A stretch of DNA of 50,797 nt from an uncultured Candidatus Saccharibacteria bacterium (lineage in GTDB: Bacteria; Patescibacteriota; Minisyncoccia; UBA6257; JAUSGH01): positions 1 through 50,797 of the forward strand of contig CAYHUD010000005.1 in assembly GCA_964360025.1 (NCBI GenBank). The letters are read 5' to 3'. The translations under genes were made by a program, and so were the position numbers. Below, in pieces: positions 44,694-50,797 of this stretch. Within the stretch, counting starts at the first letter, position 1; every line of letters begins with the position of its first letter. The notes beneath the pieces were generated by a model, which was not told the origin of the DNA, ran no database searches, and saw nothing but the letters and a program-made list of their open reading frames with translations.

Positions 44694-44787
44694 TGAGAAG
44701 TGCCGCATCATACCAAGCCGACGCTTCGGTCGGCTCCCCGACTTCTTTTATAATTTAAAATGTGCGTCGGGGCTGAACCATAGGCCC
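44694..44787 (-). pseudogene. 5' half of a tRNA-Ala-like gene with two hairpins inserted in the D-loop
   Basis: gggcctatggttcag[57 nt]tggtatgatgcggca aligns gap-free with gggcccatagtaaagtggtattacgcggca; ends at ccccgttagaaat. Confidence 0.65.
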
Positions 44788-44891
44788 CTCTGCGGATTAG
44801 TTTATATCAAAATAGCGAGAAATACCAGCAAAAATAAATATTCTACCAAGTCCACTTTGATTTTTTGAGATTTTCATTATAAGATAAAGTA

Positions 44892-45446
44892 ATGAAAAAG
44901 ACACTACTTATCATATTAGCAACCGTTGTTTTTGCGGGTGTTTTGACTTGGGGTTATTACAATAAGTTTGTTAGCGCGAGTGAGGGCGTGGACAGTCTCT
45001 GGGCGCAGGTAGAAACGCAATATCAGAGGCGTTTTGATTTGATTCCGAATTTGGTTAGTTCGGTAAAAGGTATTTTTGAACAAGAAAAGGAAGTGTTTGG
45101 AAAATTGGCTGATGCACGTACGAAATATGGCGCGGCGGGAAATGTTCCCGAAAAGGTAGCGGCGGCAAATGAAGTAGAGGGAGCTTTGGCGCGCTTGCTT
45201 GTGGTCTTGGAAAATTATCCGCAGCTGCGTTCCAGCGAGGCGGTCACGAGTTTGATGGTGCAACTGGAAGGCACGGAAAATCGTATCAGCGTAGAGCGCA
45301 AAAGATTTAATGATGGCGTAAGGGACTACAATCTGACGGTTAAAACATTCCCTGGAAAGTTTTTCGCCGCGATTTTCGGTTTTGGTGAAAAGGAATATTT
45401 TGAAAGCGTAGAGGGCTCCGAAGTGGCTCCGAAGGTAGAGTTTTAG
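44892..45446 (+). CDS. lemA: LemA family protein
   Basis: WAQVETQYQRRFDLIPNLV, ENYPQL, LEGTENRISVERKRFN. Confidence 0.95.
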   Translation: MKKTLLIILATVVFAGVLTWGYYNKFVSASEGVDSLWAQVETQYQRRFDLIPNLVSSVKGIFEQEKEVFGKLADARTKYGAAGNVPEKVAAANEVEGALARLLVVLENYPQLRSSEAVTSLMVQLEGTENRISVERKRFNDGVRDYNLTVKTFPGKFFAAIFGFGEKEYFESVEGSEVAPKVEF

Positions 45447-45451
45447 CAATC

Positions 45452-45517
45452 GTCATCCTGAGCGGAGCGAAGGATCTCCGGAGATTCTTCGTTTCGCTTC
45501 GCTACACTCAGAATGAC
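45452..45517. repeat. REP-like element GTCATCCTGAGC...CTCAGAATGAC
   Basis: Imperfect IR gtcatcctgag...gcgaaggatctc / gagattcttcg...ctcagaatgac; its right end overlaps the ATG of the next ORF. Confidence 0.8.
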
Positions 45518-46364
45518 AAAAATATACTCCCTGTTTTTATTATTATTCACGCCTATTATTGCTTTTGCTCAAGCCCCTAATCTTGATAAGCCACTGGGTT
45601 TCTTTAACGATTACGTGGACGTAATGTCGTCGGCGCAAAAGGTGGATATAGAAGATAAACTAGTCGGTTTCGCGAAAGAGACCGGCCATGAGATTGTCGT
45701 CGCGGTCGTGCCGGATCTGGGAGGGGATACTATTGAGAATTTTGCTGTTAAACTTTTTGAGAAATGGGGCATTGGCAAAAAAGGAGCTGACAACGGGGTT
45801 TTAATTTTGGTTGCGATGGCGGAGCGCGAAATGCGCATAGAAGTTGGATACGGCCTGGAGGGCGCGTTGACTGATATCCAAAGCAATCAGATTATTAATA
45901 ATATAATGAAGCCGGCGTTTGCTACGGGGGATTTCTACGGTGGTATTAAAGGTGGGACGGAAGCTGTGATGTCTGCTTTTCGCGGTGAAGCAATTATTTA
46001 TGAAAATCAGGCATCATTTTCGGAGATGTCTAGATTCTACGCACCGATTTTTTTCTTTTTGCTCTTTTGGTTGGCCAGTATTTTGGGAGCCAGCAAGTCC
46101 TGGTGGGCGGGTGGAGTTCTCGGTGGCGTCATCGGTATTATTGTGGGTATTATCTACGGCTTTGTCTTCACCGGACTTTTTGCTACGGGCATTTTAATTA
46201 TTTTGGGCCTACTTTTTGATTTTGTAGTATCGCGGATGTTTGAGGGAAGAGCTCATAGCAGGCACGGCGGTTTTTGGGGTGGCGGAGGATTTGGAGGTGG
46301 TGGTGGCTTCGGCGGCTTCGGCGGAGGATCATCCGGTGGAGGCGGTTCCAGCGGAAGGTGGTAG
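45513..46364 (+). CDS. TPM-domain (YgcG-like) membrane protein
   Basis: LFEKWGIGKKGADNGVLILVA, RIEVGYGLEGALTD, Gly-rich tail GGFGGGSSGGGGSSGRW; next to lemA. Confidence 0.92.
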   Translation: MTKIYSLFLLLFTPIIAFAQAPNLDKPLGFFNDYVDVMSSAQKVDIEDKLVGFAKETGHEIVVAVVPDLGGDTIENFAVKLFEKWGIGKKGADNGVLILVAMAEREMRIEVGYGLEGALTDIQSNQIINNIMKPAFATGDFYGGIKGGTEAVMSAFRGEAIIYENQASFSEMSRFYAPIFFFLLFWLASILGASKSWWAGGVLGGVIGIIVGIIYGFVFTGLFATGILIILGLLFDFVVSRMFEGRAHSRHGGFWGGGGFGGGGGFGGFGGGSSGGGGSSGRW

Positions 46365-46403
46365 TTTTTTGTAAAAGAAAACCCCGTGGATTGGGGTAAT
46401 TTT

Positions 46404-47228
46404 CTATAGGGCGGCAGGTTCTGTTGATGTCGGCTTTGGAGAAAAGAGTTCTACAGTTTTTTGTAGATAGAACTCGGAGGCGACAACGTCTAGGGTGTCT
46501 AGCGCATCGCGTAGTCTTTCTTCGGCATCAGTGGAAAGATCGGGATACTTGAGCGCAAGCGGCCCGACGAGGGATTTCACGGAAAGCTCCGAGAGCCCTC
46601 CGGCGACAACGAGACCCATCTCTAGATTCCTCGCCTGGATTGCTTGCAGGTAGGTTTCTGTTTCTTGCGGGTTCATGAATTCACCCCTGCCTCCGGAGGG
46701 GTCCAGAAGGACGTAATCCACGAGGCCCACGTACTCGGAAACTTTGGTGGCAACTTTTTCGGGAGAGTTTTCTGTCATTTCCATAGCGCGACGCCCTACC
46801 TGAAGGACAAGCGTGGGGCTCCAGCTTTCCCCGGAGAGTACTGCAACCGTAAGGAATTTGTCTATTTGTTCGCGATTCGGCCAGGCGATATTCAATTGGA
46901 AACCATTGAGGACGCCCGGGGTTGCATCAGAAAGCTTGAGTAATTGGTCGCATAGCGTCTCCGGTTCTTTTGTCGCATAATGGATGAGATTCAAAGCCAA
47001 ATCATGTTTTACAAAGATATCTTTGATGTTCTGCAGAGGGGGGTAGTGTTGAGGTTTCCCATGGCTTTTCCCGTGCAGAGTTTTCAAACTGGCGAGGACG
47101 CCGATCATGATTTGTCGGTTGAATCCCGAGGGGAAAGCCTTTTCGGCGCTTTTGAGTAGCGCCTCGGTCTCCGATCTGCGAGTCACTCCCGTGACTCCGA
47201 TATAGGACAGTCTTTGCCGGAGAGACAT
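46404..47228 (-). CDS. TIM-barrel protein distantly related to TrpF
   Basis: YIGVTG, FQLN, YVLLDPSGGRG, VAGGL, STDAE; strong RBS. Confidence 0.65.
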   Translation of the reverse strand: MSLRQRLSYIGVTGVTRRSETEALLKSAEKAFPSGFNRQIMIGVLASLKTLHGKSHGKPQHYPPLQNIKDIFVKHDLALNLIHYATKEPETLCDQLLKLSDATPGVLNGFQLNIAWPNREQIDKFLTVAVLSGESWSPTLVLQVGRRAMEMTENSPEKVATKVSEYVGLVDYVLLDPSGGRGEFMNPQETETYLQAIQARNLEMGLVVAGGLSELSVKSLVGPLALKYPDLSTDAEERLRDALDTLDVVASEFYLQKTVELFSPKPTSTEPAAL

Positions 47229-47388
47229 AATCCCTCCTTTATATACAAAAAGGAAAGAACGACTGCGTTAACCATAAAACTTTTTTATAGATGTGTAAAG
47301 CGTCATTGTGGCGGTCTGGTGGAATTTTCGTTCCCTATTTATAGTGTAAATAGCTTATTCCAAAGATAATTGAGAATGAGGTGCCGCC

Positions 47389-47921
47389 GTGAAGAAGATC
47401 ATAGATTGGTTCTATGAGCCCTTCCCTGATTTGGAACGAATTCTTCGTTTTGTAGTCGTCGTAGTCGCGGTTATGCACATTGAAGTATCAATCGCGATCG
47501 TGTGTCTGGGTTCTTTCGGGGTAGAACTTGCGAGTCTTCTTTTATCATCCTATGGCAAGATTTCTTCCAGCGATATCATTATCTGGGCGGCATTTGAAGA
47601 ATTTATTTATCGTTTTTTGCCTCTCACGGTTTATATAGAGATCGCCCCTATAAGCTCTGTCCTTCGCTCACCCCCGAGAGATTTTTTCGCTGCTTGGTAA
47701 TCCTCTGTATTATTGGTTCCATCGTTTTCGGAGTTATGCACGGGGCATTTTATAAAATAGCCATGCAGGGCTTCGTGGGTTTGATGTGTTGTGTGGTATT
47801 TCTGAAATGTGGAGGAATACGCAAAGACTATTTTACCGGTCTTCTGTGGAGCACGATAGCGCACGTTCTTTATAACAGCAATCTTTACGTAGTAGATTAT
47901 TTTCACGCGCACTTGCGTTGA
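47389..47921 (+). pseudogene. CPBP (CAAX/Abi) intramembrane protease split by a frameshift
   Basis: EEFIYR in ORF 47389..47700; FGVMH and AHVLYN in overlapping ORF 47694..47921. Confidence 0.7.
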
Positions 47922-48085
47922 TCCGATCCCGTCTTTTAGGGCGGGATTTTTTTAACGAACTTGGCTTATCCACAGATGACAAAAATCCGATTATATTTTG
48001 TTGTTATAATTAAGTAGCAGACAGGAAAAGGTCGAAGCCCGCCGTTATTGAAGAAAGTGGCGGGGTTAATAAAGTAAATAAATTT

Positions 48086-48772
48086 ATGGTAGTACAAGAT
48101 TGGTTGAATGTAGTAACGATTTCGCTGCAGAACTTGTGGCAGCTCGTCATCAGTTTTTTGCCAGCTCTTTTAGGGGCTTTGGTGATTCTCATAGTCGGGC
48201 TTATTGTTGCCTCCGGCTTGGAAAGACTGGTGGAGCGCCTCGTTTTCTATTTAAAAATAGACGCGATGCTTCGCAAGTTGGGTGTAGAATCGTTTTTAGG
48301 AAGGGCTAGTGTGGCGCTTAACTCCGGACGCTTTATGGGGAAAATTGTCTATTGGTTTATTCTGGTGGCATTCTTTCTTGCCGCATCTGATGTTCTGGGC
48401 TTCGCCGCTCTTTCTGGTTTCTTAAACGATGTTCTCCTTTATATCCCGAATGTTCTGGTCGCCGCGTTGATTGTCATCGCCGCGGTAGTTGTGGCCAACT
48501 TCGTGAGGGGACTGGTTGCCGCTTCTGTCATGGGAGCAAGACTGCATGCCGCTAAGTTTTTAGGCACTGTGGCCTGGTGGGTCATCATGGTCTTCGGACT
48601 TTTGACCTCCGCCGTCCAGCTGAATATCGCCGTTTCTATTATTAACACGGTTATCACGGGTTTGATCGCTATGTTGGCTTTAGCCGGAGGCCTGGCCTTT
48701 GGTTTGGGCGGACGCGATGCCGCGATGAGATGGGTTAATAAGATGGAAGACGAGATGTTGCATAGAGGTTAA
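48086..48772 (+). CDS. TM-helix repeat protein (CmpX/MscS N-terminal-like)
   Basis: FLPALLGALVILIVG and YIPNVLVAALI repeats; ALAGGLAFGLGGRD. Confidence 0.85.
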   Translation: MVVQDWLNVVTISLQNLWQLVISFLPALLGALVILIVGLIVASGLERLVERLVFYLKIDAMLRKLGVESFLGRASVALNSGRFMGKIVYWFILVAFFLAASDVLGFAALSGFLNDVLLYIPNVLVAALIVIAAVVVANFVRGLVAASVMGARLHAAKFLGTVAWWVIMVFGLLTSAVQLNIAVSIINTVITGLIAMLALAGGLAFGLGGRDAAMRWVNKMEDEMLHRG

Positions 48773-48884
48773 AATTGTTCGCGGTCTGCATGGGATTGCG
48801 CAATAAACAAAAACATCCTGTAAAGCAGGATGTTTTTGTTTTATAAAAAAGAAAACCCCTCGTTGCGCCTGCAACGAAGGGGGA

Positions 48885-48958
48885 TGCGCCCAGCTGGATT
48901 CGAACCAGCATCTTACGGATTATGAGTCCGCCGCTCTGACCAATTGAGCTATGGGCGC
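48885..48958 (-). tRNA. tRNA with CAT anticodon (Ile2 or elongator Met)
   Basis: gcgccca/tgggcgc acceptor, gcgga-ctCATaa-tccgt, gctgg-ttcgaat-ccagc; paired 1-72, so not an initiator. Confidence 0.92.
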
Positions 48959-48973
48959 GAACTTTTTCCGGAA

Positions 48974-49113
48974 TGCATCGAGCAGGACTTGTCACCCTAC
49001 GGGTGATCTCCCGTAGGGAGAAACCCGCAACCACCGGTTTACAAAACCGGAGCTCTACCCGCCTCGACTCGCGTAACTCGTCGACGCGAGGCGGGCCGTT
49101 GAGCTACGCTAGC
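48974..49113 (-). pseudogene. tRNA-Thr(TGT) interrupted by hairpin insertions in the D-loop and T-loop
   Basis: Removing 49058-49095 and 48992-49021 restores gctc-aacggta-gagc, ccggt-ttTGTaa-accgg and gcggg-ttcaagt-cctgc; the 3' acceptor strand is mismatched. Confidence 0.8.
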
Positions 49114-49197
49114 AAGAAGCCCCCCTCAATCAAACTAGGGTATCTGGTCAGAGTCCAGATGTCATTCGAGGGGGGGCCAGATCGAAAATTGGCGAAA

Positions 49198-49270
49198 TAC
49201 GCCGGGGAGGGATCGAACCTCCAACCGCAGGATTAGAAATCCCGTGCTCTTCCGGTTGAGCTACCGGCGC
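49198..49270 (-). tRNA. tRNA-Arg(TCT)
   Basis: gcgccgg/ccggcgt acceptor, cggga-ttTCTaa-tcctg, ggagg-ttcgatc-cctcc. Confidence 0.93.
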
Positions 49271-49415
49271 GATGAGAAAATTAAGTTGCTGCTACACATT
49301 ATAGCAGATATATTACGTTTGTCAATGGCAAGGCATTGACAGTAATCGATAAATTTGATATACTACACTCGTTCGTTAACAATAAATCCCAGAGTTCTTT
49401 TTGAGGGTATAAACC

Positions 49416-50009
49416 ATGACGCAGGTTTCCCAACTCATCGCCGCAGTGGTGAAAATGATTCATTCCCTCACGCCGGAGCGCGTGAAGTATTGGATGGAAA
49501 ATTTGAAACAACTCAAAGAAATTCTAGTCGGAGGGGTGAGTCGGATAGCGGGGGCGGCGAAAAACGTCTTCGTTGTCAACTTCTCCCTCCCTCGCGCATC
49601 CGCCCTCGCTTTGGGGAAGTTCAAATGGGTGGCTCCTTCCCTCGCAGACGGTCCCTTTCCTCTTGGCGAAGGCGAGGGTCAGAAGACTCTCGTCCCCGAT
49701 CTCGTCGGTGGTCTGGGCTACTGCAAAAATACGGCAGAAGCCCAAGAGAAACTTGCAGCAAAGCTCCGGGAGCGTGGTCTCGGCGAAAAGCCGATGACTC
49801 CCAGAGAGTTTGCGGCTTTCGCTGGAGCTTATCCCGAGCTTTGTCAAGGCAAGTGGATCGGCATTCTTGGCTCTGTCGGCTGGGGCGCGGGCGGGCGCCA
49901 GTGTGTGGCGTATTTCGGCGGCACGTCTGGCCGCTGGGGCCTCGGTCTTATCTTGGTCGAGGACGATTGGAACGACGACTGGGTCTTCGCTGTTTCTCGC
50001 GAGTTGTAA
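49416..50009 (+). CDS. DGR target protein with C-terminal variable region
   Basis: Last 44 codons before ELstop are the VR; ORF is intact despite 20 substitutions relative to TR. Confidence 0.92.
   Translation: MTQVSQLIAAVVKMIHSLTPERVKYWMENLKQLKEILVGGVSRIAGAAKNVFVVNFSLPRASALALGKFKWVAPSLADGPFPLGEGEGQKTLVPDLVGGLGYCKNTAEAQEKLAAKLRERGLGEKPMTPREFAAFAGAYPELCQGKWIGILGSVGWGAGGRQCVAYFGGTSGRWGLGLILVEDDWNDDWVFAVSREL
49869..50000 (+). repeat. DGR variable repeat (VR)
   Basis: 132-bp ungapped match to 50309-50440 with 20 mismatches, all opposite TR adenines. Confidence 0.96.
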
Positions 50010-50051
50010 CTTGGATTTTGTTGGGCCCCTTGGCCCTTGGTCTTGTTCGTC

Positions 50052-50093
50052 GGCTGAAGCTGTACCAACAGTTTCAGCCTACGGACTTTTTTT
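50052..50093 (+). terminator. Hairpin downstream of the target gene (terminator and/or DGR homing hairpin)
   Basis: ggctgaagctgt-acca-acagtttcagcc, then a T tract. Confidence 0.6.
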
Positions 50094-50308
50094 ATATAAT
50101 AAATATCGGATAGTAAATGACAAGCTCGTGGTTACGCTGAGAGGCAAGCTTCGGGCGATTGAACTCCGGAATATCGCGTGATTTTAGCGATATTGTCATA
50201 AAAATGAAGAAACTCGGCGCAACCCACTAGGGGATTAACGATCTCGAATACGATACAACCCCGAGAGTATTCAAGGGGTGGTGGCTTGGGCGGTGGGTTG
50301 CGCACAGC

Positions 50309-50440
50309 GGCTCTGTCGGCAAGAACGCGGACAGGCGCCAGTGTGTGGCGTATTTCAACGGCACGAATGGCAACTGGAACCTCAATCTTAACTTGGTCAA
50401 GAACGATTGGAACGACAACTGGGTCTTCGCTGTTTCTCGC
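50309..50440 (+). repeat. DGR template repeat (TR)
   Basis: A-rich copy of VR; in the VR frame it reads GSVGKNADRRQCVAYFNGTNGNWNLNLNLVKNDWNDNWVFAVSR with 10 AAY codons. Confidence 0.96.
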
Positions 50441-50453
50441 TAGTAGCTTCATT

Positions 50454-50471
50454 CTCCCCCATTTGGGGGAG
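50454..50471. terminator. Hairpin between the TR 3' end and the avd stop
   Basis: ctccccc-attt-gggggag. Confidence 0.55.
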
Positions 50472-50472
50472 T

Positions 50473-50796
50473 TTATATTAACTTCTTTTTCCAACCGCCA
50501 AGCATCTTTCCGATTTCAACAAGGGGTTGTGATAAGGCGATATATTTATTTTTATCAATAGCATTTATTTCCCAAGCGATTTGTAGAAAGAATTTTAACA
50601 TGCCTAGATTTATGTCAGCGTTAATAATAGCGTGTAGTTTTTGTAATTGGGTATGATAACCAGCAGAAAGAATATCCGATATAAGATTTGTGAATAATTT
50701 GTCTATTTTCTCTCCGAGTGTGTAGCGCGATAATCGTGGAAAGTGCGGAAAGAAATTATGCCAAAGTTTGTATACAAAAATTAACTTCTGTAAAAT
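50473..50796 (-). CDS. avd: DGR accessory variability determinant Avd, 5' truncated by window edge (absent from the ORF track)
   Basis: Hand translation ILQKLIFVYKLWHNFFPHFPRLSRYTLGEKID...LKFFLQIAWE...YIALSQPLVEIGKMLGGWKKKLI*; FP+..RY.LG and EIG+MLGGW are Avd signatures; adjacent to TR. Confidence 0.88.
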   Translation of the reverse strand: MLQKLIFVYKLWHNFFPHFPRLSRYTLGEKIDKLFTNLISDILSAGYHTQLQKLHAIINADINLGMLKFFLQIAWEINAIDKNKYIALSQPLVEIGKMLGGWKKKLI

Positions 50797-50797
50797 T

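Noticed and set aside
46264-46361. GGN-rich low-complexity tract
   Set aside because: This is the normal Gly-rich tail of TPM/YgcG proteins.
48885-49415. Prophage or island att site at the tRNA cluster next to the DGR
   Set aside because: No integrase and no duplicated tRNA 3' end is seen in the window; the DGR lies on the 5' side of tRNA-Arg.
49355-50181. Alternative ORFs 49355..50113 and 49810..50181
   Set aside because: They overlap the target gene out of frame and have Arg/Ser-rich shadow composition. TR adenines fall at codon positions 1-2 only in the 49416 frame.
50286-50561. ORF over the TR (also 50132..50494 and 50227..50418 on -)
   Set aside because: These are incidental frames across the non-coding TR. 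The VR-equivalent frame is different and stops right after TR.

Overview
Bacterial chromosomal segment. The gene content (AT-rich leaders without Shine-Dalgarno sites on core genes, an RpoA lacking its CTD, two mreB copies, a PaaX-like cassette, many palindromic micro-repeats) suggests Patescibacteria/CPR (Parcubacteria-like); this taxonomy is inferred. Core genes: gyrA (5' partial), infA-rpmJ-rpsM-rpsK-rpsD-rpoA-rplQ-rplM-rpsI, murA, mreB, a holB-like gene, metK, frr, rseP, proS, mreBCD-mrdA, tpiA, murB, hpf, secA, cca, rsmE, lemA and a TPM-domain gene. There are four intact tRNAs, and single accessory genes are interleaved. The clearest system is a diversity-generating retroelement (DGR) at the right edge: target gene 49416-50009, whose 132-bp variable repeat differs from a template repeat (50309-50440) at 20 positions, all TR adenines, plus a convergent avd gene cut by the window end. 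No reverse transcriptase is inside the window. Three more DGR-target-like genes lie elsewhere and do not match this TR. A second layer is a set of small repeat elements: CCCGTTAGAAAT elements inserted at start codons; 30-38 bp hairpins inserted in frame in tpiA and into tRNA loops; broken tRNA 5' halves followed by an intact tRNA of similar sequence; a conserved core with locus-specific inverted arms; and loopless palindromes bracketing a PaaX-like gene. All protein assignments come from motif recognition by eye; no database search was run.
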